Positions 31,515 through 46,200 of a DNA stretch of 64,000 nt are shown here, one piece after another; position 1 is the first letter of the stretch, and every line of letters begins with the position of its first letter. The stretch spans positions 38,688,001 through 38,752,000 of the forward strand of contig CAIIXF020000001.1 in NCBI GenBank assembly GCA_903813345.2, read 5' to 3'. Made by a program: the position numbers and the translations under genes. The notes under the pieces are model-generated. The model was not told where the DNA came from, made no database searches, and saw only the letters and a program-made list of their open reading frames with translations. The DNA comes from Owenia fusiformis. Lineage: Eukaryota.

Positions 31515-34245
31515 TGACAAACTCAATAGGAAATATGATGTACCAATGAAATAAAGCCATCTCCACAATTCTTAACAAAAGCCCACGCCCCTTGGATGAG
31601 GTTCAATAGCAATAAATATGTACATGTATAATGTATATACAATTTCTTTTTCTTTGAAGTTGAAATAATTTCAGAGACAAAGGAATTGTTTGAATTTAAA
31701 TTTTAAAGAACTTAATGATGAACATTCAAATACAGGTTAGGATATTGCTTAGGATAATATTTATTTCAAAATCATGATTTTAAAAAAATGATGTTTATTT
31801 GGATGAGAAAGGTTGGTAGGCATTGGTGCCTTCATTGTGAATTAGTATTAACTGATATGAATACTGTAAAACATGAAATCTTGAAAGTTGTTACCATACT
31901 CATCAATGGAGCATTCAGTGAAATTAACATGTTCTACAGTATTCACTGGTTATAATAACATATAAAAGGTCTACAGTAAAGTATTCAGGCTACAGCTGAG
32001 TATATATGATCATATACAGTGGAACATTATGTAACGAAATGAATACAAATTCTGGGTAGTAGTAAAGTTAATTCATTGAGATTTGAAAACACCAGGGTAA
32101 AATACACATAACAGAGTCTCTCATTTCATACATTGATTATATATGATCATTAGAGCTGGTCACATCTCATAATTTGTAACTGTTTGCATATAGTAAAATT
32201 GCCATAATTCTGACCATTTGCATCGGGTGATGTCAAAGGCTCATTTGTATTTTGGGACTGAATTGTGTTCTGCGTATAACTTGATTTATTAAGGGTACTC
32301 AAAGTATCCATTATGAACTAATAACAAAATAAATATACTATTTTAAGATCAACAATCAACACAACCTATTATGTTTTTCTATTTTTGTTATTTTATATTT
32401 ATGTACTCACAATGAAGGTGACATAATACTGTAATAAATGATTCTGCTATAATTCTGCAAATGATTATGAAATCCCATGCCATTTTGGATTTTACAAAGC
32501 CTGAATCTGAAAAATGTTACATATGAAAACTTCTAATTCCCTTTCATTTGAGAATAATAAACCTTTACTTCAGAGGTCTTAAAATTAACAGAAATTCCCG
32601 TTGTCTCAAGAATTCATTCTCGCCCCCTTGGGGTCAGGTCGAAAAAAAATGGAATATATGTTGAAAAGAATATATGCTATCAAAAATGCATACAATAATG
32701 CCCATAATTCTTGAAGCGGTGGCCATTTTGGAAAATTTCCATTATATAATTTTTCATCATGCATCTTTCTCTCAAATATGAAGTAAATCTGTCCACTGGT
32801 ATTTGAGTTGCTACATAAGGATGGCTTCACTATCTTCTTAATATAGGTAACCAAAAGCTTTGAAAACCAAGTGAGGACTCGTATTCTAGCCAAACTATTA
32901 AAACATCAATTGCAGCAGAACATATGTCATCTAATTTGAACACTTAAATGATACATGTGATAAGACTCATTCTTTGTCAAAACTGGAATATTTTGATGGC
33001 TGATCTCTTCAAAATGAAACAAGGCAAAAGTAAAAGCTGGAACCTTTGGTGAAAACTGAGAATTGTTCATGGACAACGTGGGCAATTTCAGAGGCTCACC
33101 ATCTGGTCAATAAAATACTATCAGAATATCACCAGGTTTGCTTTCTTGTGTCTCACTGTATAGCATTATTATCATCTGATTCAATAAATGTAATATAACT
33201 AGTTTATGCTTTTTCTCATTTAATATTTATTCTCCTCATACAATTTAAACATGCAAGTTGGGCATAGCCATGTGTTGCATAAACTACAAAATGCTGTCCT
33301 GCCTGTTACTGACCATTTTATAATGAGAACACCTTTAATGGCATTACCATTGACATCTATGCTATCAGAATCAAGATTATTGTGTGAAAGTTGTGCATAT
33401 AAGGTGAAAACCATGTTTTGGTATACATGGTGATAATAAACAAATTTATTTTATTATGCACCTCCCTTGAGAAATGCTTTATTTTAAAGATTGGGTCTAC
33501 TAAAACAGAAGCCGAGCCAAGTTTTTTTTTTCGAGGATAGGTATTATGGCATACGGGATGGTTGGAGATCTCGTTGCTTCAATACTGGATAGAACGAGAT
33601 CTTGCTGCCTTGTATGGCAATAGACCCTGCAGCTCTTAACCAATCAGATTTGAGTATTTTAATGAGGCGCATAATAAAAAACAATACCCAGCCCCTTCAC
33701 AGCAAAATCTATTTTGAAACACATATATTTGCAGATTCAAGAGTTGAAATAGCTGATGTTCATTCACTTTTTAGGAGACACCAAGCCCCTCAACTGGCAC
33801 TGGGAAGGTGCAATGTGACTGTGGAATATTTTATTTATCAACATCCCTGGATCCGTTCCGTATGGACCTGGATCTGATTTCAATACCATGCTAATAAATA
33901 CAACAATGTAACTAATCCAAAGAGCATTCATGTTATACAGTTCATGTACATGGCCTATGAAATACAAGTTAAATTATTTGAAACATCACAGTACAGCCCT
34001 AATGGCTCCACTTTGACAAATTCAACTTTTTCATTTGAACATTGAAGATATATCCAATCCATGGGCTTTCTATTGAATACCCATGATATATCATATCATG
34101 CTTATACCTGAGCAGATAATATTCATGAAAATCATACATAGTATAACTGTTTATTTCAATTTTTATTTGACGTCTGAAATCACTATTGTAATGCAAATCA
34201 TCATCAACAATAATCATGATTATCTCAAAAAAAATATTCCTAATT

Positions 34246-37200
34246 TTAAGATACTGTCTCCACTTGCTTTACTCTGAGAACAACTGGCACTGAAGTACAT
34301 GGAATCATCCCGATCTCTGTTATCACCATAGTAACAAGTTCAGATGGTGTGACATCATAGACAAGATTTAAAAGATTGAGATGCGTATTGTCCTTCCAGT
34401 TAGTGAGGTATGTGTGAGATTGGTCAATATTTACAAGGTCATCAGGATCAGCTGAAAAAATGAGAAAAATCACAATGTAGTTCAATATCAAGAACATTAT
34501 AAATCATCTCTGACATGAAAGGAACAATAATGCAACACTATTTCTGTAATAAATCTCCCAATTTTCATGGAACCTTCATGAATGTTCATGTGCAGATAAA
34601 GTGTTCATTGTAGGAAACAATGGAGTACTTACATAACATCTACAATTTTCAAATGTATAAAAAAAATTACATTTTCTGTCAATGCATGCTTTCATGCCAA
34701 ATCACTATGCAAGTTTAGAAATCTGTCAAATTTCAATATCTCGAAAAAAGAATTTTCAACAAAAGAATATTCATGAAGATTCAATCATTATTGTTATTGA
34801 CTAAATTTCTCTTAAATTAGAGGTTCACATTTTTGTGTCACCTGTTCTCTCAACTGTCGAATACCTTTTATACAATACATATACTATTGCATGTGATATC
34901 ATTTTATGTGATAGAAAAACTAAGCAAAATAACATCATAGTACACGATAATTATAAACACTAAGCAGAATGATTAAAAAACAGCATTTCTCAAGGCTTAC
35001 CTAATTCATTAAATACAAATGAATCCGTTTGCACCCTCTCACAGAACTTGTAGGTTTCACAGCACACGAGGACTGGTACATTGCAAGCCTTGGCAAGTAG
35101 CGCCACCTGGGAACTTCCTACACGGGACATCACATAACCATTTGCCAACAGAGCATGAGCTCCTAGAAAAACCTTTGTTGCCTTGAATTAATAAAAAAAC
35201 AGTTACTTGTTATTGACTTATTAAATGAATCTCTTGAAAAATCCAAGGTTTTTCAAAACAAAATTCAAAAGGAAAATGGCCCCTTGTAGAATTTCAATAG
35301 ATTATATTTTTTTAATCATCAAAAACATGCCATATATCAAATCATAAGCCAATGTCAAGCTAGCCTCTTATATGAAATAGCCTCAGGACAAATAACTCAA
35401 TACTGCACTGGCCAAAGGAGAAAATTGTATTGCAGTCCCCTAGAATCTAACCTCTCTCATCACATATGAAGCAGCATTTATCAACACATAGCTACACCTG
35501 ATACCATGTTTCACAAGTCTGCGCAGCATTTCTCTGCCTGAAATAAACAAAATATAGTGTCTGATTTCACAAACATATGAACAGAACTAGAAATCAGATT
35601 ACCAATCTGTTAAGCTATGTTCACACCAACGGTGAATGCCACGCTTTAAATCGGCGAACAAAGCGCCATCATTTTTGTAATTTTTGTACATACCAACGGC
35701 GCTTTGATGGCGCTTTAAAGCGGCTTGTAAAGCGGCACCAAAGCGTAACAAAGCTTGATTAAAGCGGCGGGGTCGTAATAGGTCTTAGAAAAGCTCGAAG
35801 TAAAGCGGGCTATTCGGCAAGAGCGCCAAAAAATTTTAAACTGTTTAAAAATTTTGAGCGCTCTGTTACGAATTGATTAAAGCGCCGAGAGCGTATCAAA
35901 GCTTAACAAATCTCAGAAAAGCTTGACCCAAAGCGTAGGAAAGCTTAACATAGCTCTGATAGGTTCCTCACGCTTTGATCAGACGTTGTTACGCTTGAAA
36001 TCACGCTTTAATAAGCTTTGATAAGCATTATTACGCTCTGATACGATTGCCAAGCTCTGTTGTGCATTGTTACGTTCTGTTAAGCTCTGTCACGCATTGG
36101 AAAATGTAGAGATCGCCGATTTCATGGCGCTTTTGATCCAATGACTATATAAAGATGCAGTAGATCCATAAAACCATTGCATCTTTGACTTGAGAACACG
36201 ATGAACAACAAGATCCAGAAATTCCAGATGGACCAGAGCATGACCTATCTGAATAAGACATGATGTTTGACGCACGGTGTGAAAGAGCGTGAGGGAGCAT
36301 GAGGAAGCTTGTCAAGCGTAACAAAGCCTAACAAAGCGTTTCAATTCTTAATTAAAGCGTCTCAATTTGTTGGAAAGCTTGAGAGTCCTTCATGAAAGCG
36401 TAACAAAGAGTGTCAGATATTGATGAAAGCGTCTGACCTCGTGTCAGATCTTCATGCCAGATCGTAAAAAATCTTGAGACATCTTAACGAAGCGTGTAAA
36501 GTAGTAACAGACCGTGAAGAGACTGGGGTCCCCGCTTTGAACCAAGCTCTGTTAAGCTTTCCTACGCTTTGGGTCAAGCTTTGCTGAGTTTTGTTACGGT
36601 TTGTTAAGCTTTGATACGCTCTCGGCGATTTCATCAATTCGTAACAGAGCGCTCAAAATTTTTAAACAGTTCAAAATTTTTTGGCGCTCTTGCCGAATAT
36701 TCCGCTTTACTCCGAACTTTTCTACGACCTATTACGACTCCGACGCTTTAATCAAGCTTTGTTACGCGTTGGTGCCGCTTTACAAGCCACTTTAAAGCGC
36801 CGTTGGTGCGAACGCTTAAACAGTTTAAATTTTTTAGCGCTCTTGCCGAATATCCCGATTTACTCCGAGCTTTTCTACGACCCCGACGCTTTAATCAAGC
36901 TTTGTTACGTTTTGGTGCCGCTTTACAAGCCGCTTTAAAACGCCATCAAAGCGCCATTGGTGTGAACGTAGCTTTATTATACATAGTGCATGTACATGTA
37001 CTGACGATAAGAACTTTATGATGATTGTACAGGAGAAGGAGAAATGCGGATTACTCTACATAGGCAATCATGAACTTACAGGAAAAATACTACTACATAC
37101 AAAACTTACACTTCAAAATCATCTGACATTTTTGTATTGACTACAGCTCATTTCACTGTTTTATTTCGTCAGTAGAACCCCATTTATGTACAATAGGAAT

Positions 37201-40200
37201 ATATTTTTCCATATATTATTGCACAATGATCTTTTATTTTTTATTTTTTTAGGTTTTACTGATGAAATAAAACAATGAAATGGGCTGTATATACAAACAT
37301 GATATACTGCACTCCCAGTTAAATTAATTCCACTTTTGAAACACCATTTTCCTTGACAACCACAAAACAAGGGGACGGTTAAATATGTGCACTGTACCTT
37401 CTAGTTTTGGTCTTCCATCCACTACAATAACCCTAAATGTCTTTCCCTCATCATGAGCATCACATAACACCCTTCTGATAAGAGATGAGCTGAAACAATT
37501 AGATAGAGTTGCCAGTTGATTTAATAGTTAACTGAAACAATTAGATAGAGTTGCCAGTTGATTTAATAGTTATCTGATTAATATTGAAAAGGTTTTACTG
37601 CCTCCTACTGTTTCAGTTGGCAGTTTGAAACTGTCAAAGCCAACCCAACTTTTGACCTAATTATACTAATGGTTTAATGTAATAACCCAAGAGGGCAATC
37701 ATTCAGAATACCAATAGGCTATGCTGGAGCCCGGGTGCAAGAGCCTGTTGCTTTGAATAATAGATTATTTGCATGGTAGCTATCACATACTTACACCAAC
37801 TGACAACATGGTCACTAGATATAATATTACAACAAGTGCAGTTGAAAATGATCTAGGGATCTTGGCATATATAAACATCAAATGTCACCCTTCGATCAAT
37901 GTCAAGGTTTTCAAAGATCATGTTCTGCAAATCTTTCAAGACATTGACACTTTCATACTATGAGCTTTTTCATATTCAATTTTTCATACTTCAATGTTGA
38001 CGTTAAAGTACTTACCATGCATACACCACGATCACATCATTGTTGTTAATCTTGTCTCTAGCGTAGGTCTGAGAGATAGCTTTACCTGCCAGTAGCACCT
38101 TCTCTTGGATAAAACTATCAATAACTTCATAGAGGTTATTTTTAGCCTGGAACATATTTGAAGGATATAATGGACTATTCATTGAATTTGTGAGTATCAA
38201 TGAAATATGGTTTATTTGTTGTATAAATGTAGGTATTAAAACATTGACAAAGGCCATGGGTGCAGCTATGGTATGAACATAGATGAAGGCAAGATAAACT
38301 GGATATTAAAATGCTACAATCGGACATTATTTTCACATTTTTAGTAAAATTTATGTATGCCACTTGTGGTGGTGACTTAAAACATGATACATTATTGTAA
38401 AAATTTTTAGTTTTCGTGAAATAAAGTATGCACTCTGAGGATTTCTTTTAGAAAATAGACATGACAAAGAATGATATGATATGGAAGTAATATACCGCTC
38501 AAAAAAGTTAAGAGGAAAAAGACTGGTCCTTTCTTTTTTTGATCGGTATATTTGTATGTTTGAACAGCAACTTACAAGCAGGGCACGCCTTAAGCCAAAT
38601 TTCCCTGCTGGTCAGCATGACCAGCAGTATTAAAATTCGAGGTGGTCAATTGTAGAATCAGCTGGTCACAATGACCAGCACCACTCCAAAACCTGCTGGT
38701 CATTGAGAGATTTAGCTGGTCAATGAAAATAAATCAGAAAAAACAAAAACATCACATCGTAGTAAAAATTATTTGATCGTAGTAAAACTCATTCATAGTC
38801 ATCATGGCGCATGGATATATAATGAGTGATGAACTTATAACCTAAGCACTCATTACGAAACTTTTTCAACCGCCATTTTTAAAAATTGAACTGGAAATTA
38901 TCATTTTGCGGCAATTTATGGCTTAAAAGGGACATAAATTATAGTTCTAGATGATCTAGGATTACTGTGTAATCTTTCTAGCTATTCTGCATACCTTCAG
39001 AACCCCGCTTGGCGCCAAGTTTGGCCGGAATGATTCAACCTGCAGATTTTGCAAATGCATCGAACTTGACCGGAAATAGAAATAGTTCCTGGGTAAAATT
39101 AGCATTCGCTACTTTCCGTTACCTATATTTGGATATATTCGTATATTCACGTGATACTGATTAATTATGCATGCACTGACGTAAGAGTTGATTAATTATG
39201 TATGCAGTGACGTAAGGGCTGATCTATTAATGACACTGACCCCCGTGGATCATCGTCGAACAATTAACAAACGTAGGCTCCATTAATTAATATTAAATTA
39301 AATATAAGGGGCGTGTAAAGATGAATGAACAGCCACACTCCCAGCTAAGTTTAGGGGTCGTGTCAAGGTATCGGACAAAATATCCAGGCCGTATTTCCAG
39401 TTGACGAGTATGTATCGGTCAGTATGTCCGACAGTTTTTAATTTTTAACCGGTCCCATCAATATTCTACCGGACAAGTCCGACAGTCCGACGCTTAAGGC
39501 GTGCCCTGCTTACAAGTGAATAAAATCCTCAAGGTTTTTCACAATACAAGGTTTGTAAAGATATCAAAGTGATCTTGTAAGTTTAATGATCTCTGACATG
39601 TCTGAGCCAACTAGCTTTTGATCATTATTGTATGTTGAATATGCCAGAGAGCTGGTGTTGACGTACCTTAGTATCAGACATATCAGTAGGTGTGTGGGTG
39701 ATGTGCCACTTCAGATGTTTGATAGCATTTCCCATACTCACAGATAGAGGGCGGCACTGTATAAGGAAGCTGTAAATATTACATTTATTACAGATACGAA
39801 ATAATATAAAAAGAATAAAATTCTACAATTATTTTGAAAAAATTACATATTTCTACATGAAAAATAGAGAATAAGTCAATTTATCATAGCAACCAAATGA
39901 AAATCTTGCTTGTCAGTGTGTATATATTTAATATGACTTGTATTACCTGATGCACGGTTTGATTCTAGCATCTAGATCTCTGGCCAGTTCTTTCTGAGGT
40001 GGGGTACTGTAATCTGCAATCACCTGTGAAGAAAATATGTGAACTGATTATTTTAATCAAAAAATGAAATAAACAAATTATACAGGGTGGGCTAAAAAGC
40101 TGTCCATGTTTTTGCAATATCTAAAACATCAAATAAAAAATATCAAAGAAAGCTTGACAATGAACACTTCAATTTTCAGAAATAAACCTATCTAATGTAA

Positions 40201-43200
40201 ATCCAGTCCAGTGTACTATTGGTTACATGCTATTTCTGTGTAATTACTGTAATCGCCATATTAAGGGCCCATCCCTAATAAGCGCCCACCCCTCTTCACA
40301 GAGTTCAAGAAATATCGAGGAATGACCAATGACCGAATATATCAGAAAAATGAAATTTCCAAAGAACTATATTTCTACACTGAGTTCTACCTGTTTGAGT
40401 GCAGCAAGGAGTGCGATACACCTGGCATTGGAGCCACACACCACTCCCTCTGCATACTGTAGGCCTAACTTCAACACAGCAGGATGAACTTTATTGTTGC
40501 TACTCCCAAGTCTGAAATATATGCAAAACATATAAGGAGTGATTAATTAAGGGAGATGAGGGAACAGATTGAAAATGTTCCTGCAGATGACATGTATCCT
40601 CTGTGCCTTTATGTATACTCTACTCCCAGTTAATTTCGCGAGTTTTAATTTCGCAAATTTTGAGAAAACACGATTTCGGGGCTATTAAATTACTACTATG
40701 TCATCTTGGCCAACAACACGCGATTACCTCACAAAATATTCAAAATATCATCACCATGGAATACAAAATATGAAATTAAAAGTGTGATAATGTTGAATAG
40801 TTTAAACTGTAAACTTACGAGATGCTCTGTGTTAAAGACACTTGTCTTTCATACTGATGAAGATGGTTGAAATGTCGCACTTTCCTCTGAACACTTGCTC
40901 TTTGTGGAATTTGTTGCTTCTCTAAGTTTTTGGCAACTCTCTTCTGTGCAGTGACATCATCTACGCGCACATTGGCGGGCACTCTCTGAATACTTTGCTG
41001 GCTTTCTTTCTTGCTTTGCTGAGATGCTATAAAAACATATGAATAAACAAAGCATTAACATGACAAAATGTCACCATCTTATTCCTCACAATATTATGAT
41101 TTCAATCTCAAGTCAGATTTGAACTTCCCGCCATCCAACCTGTTTTACCTCTTTTGACCTTGAGAAGGTCATTTAAGGTCAAATCTCAAATCTAAAGTCA
41201 GAATTGAACTTCTGAGAACTTGTAGATGATTTTGCAAAAAAACTGAAGTCAGTCAGAACAGTATTTTTTATGCAATGGGAAGTTGTAAGAATTTGTTATA
41301 GACACCACCCGCCATTAAAAAAACGAAGACCATAACAATATGTCATCGATTTTGGTGGTGACATAATAACTACATTTATATGTAAGAACATGTAAGGCCC
41401 CTCTCTAAAATATGTACACAATATGCATATACAATTATGGTTAGATACATGTATGTATACTGTACACAGACTGTAATCAGAGTACAAAATAAAAAAGTTT
41501 ATTAGAAAATTAACATAACACAATTATACAATTTTTGTTTGAGGCAATTACTTAAGTAATTCAATTTATTTACCATTATCTAAACTGGATTTAACCAAGC
41601 ATATCATCCTTTTCGAGAGTGAGTCTTTAGTTTTGCAATTATAGAGCACTGTAGCAAAGCTGGTTAATGTACCAGGTATCATCCCTTAATAATTTATTAG
41701 TTTAATAAATCTTGCATTTCGCAATTGCACTGTAATGTGTGACTTAAACATGGTTACTTGTGTAGTAGTTTGAAGGATAGACTTATGTAGTCTAGTGAAT
41801 ACATAGAGGTTATTTAATGGGAGGTTTTTGATACAGGGTTTATCTTAGGGAAATACAATATATCGATATGAGTAGAGACCGACGGTTGATATATATCGTA
41901 TTTACCGAGGGATATACCCTGTATCAAAAATCGAGCATTTAATAACTGATTTATTCTTTACTTAGTAGATTATGAGGGTTTATAGTCAAGTCCCCTGGCT
42001 CAGTATCTACTCTCTGAATTTGTGACGTCATAGATCTGATAAGCGGGTGATATCAGTGGGTGATATATATATCATCAGCTCACTTCAGATATCAATTATA
42101 TTCCTGCATGTTATCTACCTATAACACTACTAAGTATGGAATAAGAACTCTTACATATTAGAATTTTGATTATGAGTCTCTTTTTTATTGTATTTTTTAT
42201 GTTTACCACCAATGAAGGTAAGCAATACCTCTTGGGTATATCCCATATATGGACTTTCGTTGTATGAGTTGTGGACCACTCAGTCAAACAGCCTGAAGTA
42301 CTTTATGCAAACAAGCAAATTACCTGAACCGGGGATCGAATCCGGGACCTATTGTGTAAGAGGTACACTGCTCACTTTTAAATAAATAAATTTTTAAATT
42401 AAAGTGTTCCGCTCATAGAGGCTCAATTAATTAAATAGTAAGTTCATTTTATCTGATTATCTCAATTTCTCAAGAATCTTGGCCTTACTGATTATTTTCA
42501 TTAATATTAAAGGGAAATCTCTAATAACTAGAAAAACAGCAACTCCACGGAGTAGCAAATCCCACCGAACAAAACATGTTTTGATAAAAAAATTGAGCCA
42601 AATACATCCAGTGGTATTTGAATTATCAAAGAGTATGACTTTATGGTTGCCATTTTGAAATTCAGCTGTCATCTTTAGATTTCTTCTTTAGCAGAGAATG
42701 TCCGTCCAATGGTATCTGGGTTATCAAAGATTACCTTTTTAATGAAAAACGGCAGCCATTTTGAAATTCAGCTATCGCCTTTGAAATTTCTTCTGAAGCA
42801 GATTTCCTTTTTCCCTAAACATCAGCATATAAAATTGGAACCAAATCCATCCACTAGTATTTGATTTATCATTAATTACGTTTTTTTACAAAAAATGGCG
42901 GCCATTTTGAAATTCAGTGGTCATCTTAAAAATTTATTTTTGAGCAGATCTTCTTTGTCTCTAGGCATCAGCATATAGAATTTGAACCAAATCCGTCAAC
43001 TGGTATTTGAGTTATCAAAGGTTACGTTCTTTTATGAAAAATGGCGGCCATTTTGAAATTTAGCTACCACCTTGAAAATCCCTTCTCGAGCAGAGCTCCT
43101 ATGTCCCTAGGCATCATCATGTAAAATTTGAACCAAATCCATTCAATGGTAATTGAATTATCAAAGATAATGTTTTTTTATGAAAAATGGCCGCCATTTT

Positions 43201-46200
43201 GAAATTTAGCTGCCATCTTGAAAATCCTTTCTTGAGCAGAGCTCCTATGTCCCTAGGCATCAGCATCTAAAATTTGAACCAAATCCATTCAATGGCTTTT
43301 GAGTTATCAAAGATAACGTTTTTTTACGAAAAATGGCCGCCATTTTGAAATTTGGTGGCCATCTTGAAAATGTCTTCTTGAGCAAGGCTCCTTTGTACCA
43401 AGGCAACAGCATATAAAATTTGAACCAAATCCATCAACTAGTATTTGAGTTATTAAAGATTACATTTTTTCCGAAAAATGGACGCCATTTTGAATTAAGC
43501 GGCCATATTGAAAATTCCTTCTCGAGCAGAGGTCCTACACCTATAAGGCATAAGCCCATAAAATTTGAATGAAATCCGTCAACCGGTATTTGAGTTATTG
43601 CCCGGACACACGAACGGACGGACGAACGGACGGAAGAACGGACGGACGAACGGACGGACGGACGGACGGCTTCTCTATATCCCCCTCGAACTTCGTTCGG
43701 TGGGATAATTATACACACATTATGTTATTTTTAAGAATATAATTTTTATTACTTTTCAGTGGTAGAATGTAGAATTACTTGAGTCACGCCCCATAAATCA
43801 CAAATACCCCCTCAGGAATACAGAGTGTATTGATCAATGATTCTAATCCACTTCACCATTAATATATTTTTTGCATTATTATATTTTTGCATGAATGTTA
43901 GTTAAGCTGGTTCATTTACCTTGTTTTGTGTCATCACTCAAATATATTATATCTCCCTTTAGTAAAATTAAAACTAACTAACTAGCTATTTTAAGGAAAT
44001 GTTCCTTAATTGACTTGCACTGCTATTGGGCTAGATGACCATGTGCCATTAGAATGGCTAGTTTTTAAATGATCGATATTGACTATATTAAAACATTTTA
44101 CTGTGTTTTGATAAATATCAAAAGTATGTATACGATTATAGCTATCATATCAAATTTCAACAAACCGATCAATCAATCAATCACCCAATAATCAATCAAT
44201 CAATTTGACAACTATTAATTTGTTCAGTTAATTGTGTTTTGTCAATATTTTGTCTATAGAGGAGTATTTATATCTTTTATTGTGCTAAAAAATCATATTC
44301 TCACATCCATTTTTGCACATTCCACATTTTGTGGATGATATGATATGAATGATATCCTAAAAAATGATATCCTAGGCTTAAAAGAAAAAGTAAATGCACT
44401 GTAAAATAGCAATTTGTAATTTATGACGTAATTTAAAGGAAAAAGTCACAATAGTGAGTTTGTGAGACAATGTTTTTAACCATTGCTAACTTTTCTAAAT
44501 TTTCATATAATTTTTTTTAATGTCAACCAGTTATTCACAATAATTACGCCATGTGTCTCCAAGAGTTTAGTAATATCATACAACATTTTGAAAATGTTAT
44601 GACTGATAAAGGACCATGCACCTTTTTTCTTTACAGAAGGTATATGGTTATAGCTACCATATTAGGAGAGATGGTGTGGCAGGGAATATCCCTTTAAGGT
44701 GACACTATATATATGTGTCATTGGGCTAATCTTGAAGAATTTTTAAAATTTATAGATAAATAAACATTGTAGATATGCATATGGATAAATGGATTATTTC
44801 AATGGAAAACAATAACTCAGATGCGAGTAGGTAGATACCAGTTTCACCACCAGGTGGCTCATTCAGGTCAGATAGCATGGCGGGTATAGTAAAAAGTTCC
44901 ATTTAACTTATATATTCATCAGTTTTAGTGGTTCAATTGTCATATCACCCTTATGTACTTGAATCTAATAGATATGCAAATTAAAATATGTCAAATGAAT
45001 TTTGAATAGTTAATGACGTAAATCAAGATTATTTCTACTCGCATCTAGTCTATTACATGCACAGTTTAAGGTCTACCACACATATAAATAATTACCTAAC
45101 TTTCTATATTCATCCTCTATGGCTATACAAAAAATAACAACATATAAAATTTATGGTAGAAATTTTTCTTATTTTTAGCAACTACGTCCAGTTCTCCATT
45201 GCAACTTTCATAAACCATCTTATTTCTTCACATATTTCTTTCTGTGTACTTCAATGTCAAAGCATTGGCTTCCAATTTGGAAGGAAATAGTCAAAAGGCT
45301 CAGTTATTCGTCCAATGTAGGTGTTAGGCTTTGGCCATCCAGCCCAATAAACAACCTCCCCTCCAGACAACCATGCTGCCCACCAGGAAAATGTCCCAGT
45401 AGACATAATTATATGATCACAATGTGACAGTATTGCTAGATCTACTCCAGCTGAATGTCCAACTGAAAATGTCAAATCAGGTGATCGGATATTATCTTGT
45501 GCCCATTTTACATCATCAGTGCATATTATGAAATGGACGTGTTTAAATTTGATCCTGAAATACTTCATCGCATTCTGAAAATATTGTTTTGGTGCACTAC
45601 GGTATCCCATATTGTAACTACGTTCAGATCCTGCCATATCTGATCTCCTTATATGTATTCCAACCAGTGCTGTATGTTTATTGCTTTTAAAGTCTCCATT
45701 ATTGATTAGAGTTTGGTTTATAAACCTCATGGCAATGCTATCAATTGATGGTTTAAATGTGAACTGTCTTCTAAGATCTTCTTGAATTCCTCTCAGGTAT
45801 TTCCATGATTGAAAGTAACAACAAAGTTTAATGTTGGTGTTCCCTGGAATATCTTTCGTCATAATACTCTCATCATATGCGCTCGCCTTCTTTTCATTCA
45901 TCTGAATTGATGGAAAAGAATTTTGATTCTCTTTATCTAATAGAACACCAGATCGGTTAATATTAAATATCCCATCAAGGATTTCTGGTGGATAAACTGG
46001 AAACATCTGATAGTGTTTTGACATTGCCATTACAGCTGCAAATTGGAACATGTTATTTCCTAATCTGCCAATTCTTGGTACACTTACCCACCCTCTACCA
46101 GTTGTCTGGTTTTGATTCACACGTAGAGCATTACTTATCTTATGAGCTCTATCATTGTTCATTGGTTGTTTAATTTCAACAGTATTATTTCCATATTTAA

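Noticed and set aside
35577..37021. Cluster of short ORFs suggesting a transposase
   Set aside because: All lie in the arms of a foldback MITE, with no DDE or Myb-like motifs.
42322..42375. Second tRNA-like sequence (B-box-like ggattcgatccc on the minus strand)
   Set aside because: Only a degraded fragment with no cloverleaf; probably a SINE remnant.
43434..43718. 94-aa ORF with (VRSS)n
   Set aside because: It is the translation of the HINE microsatellite.
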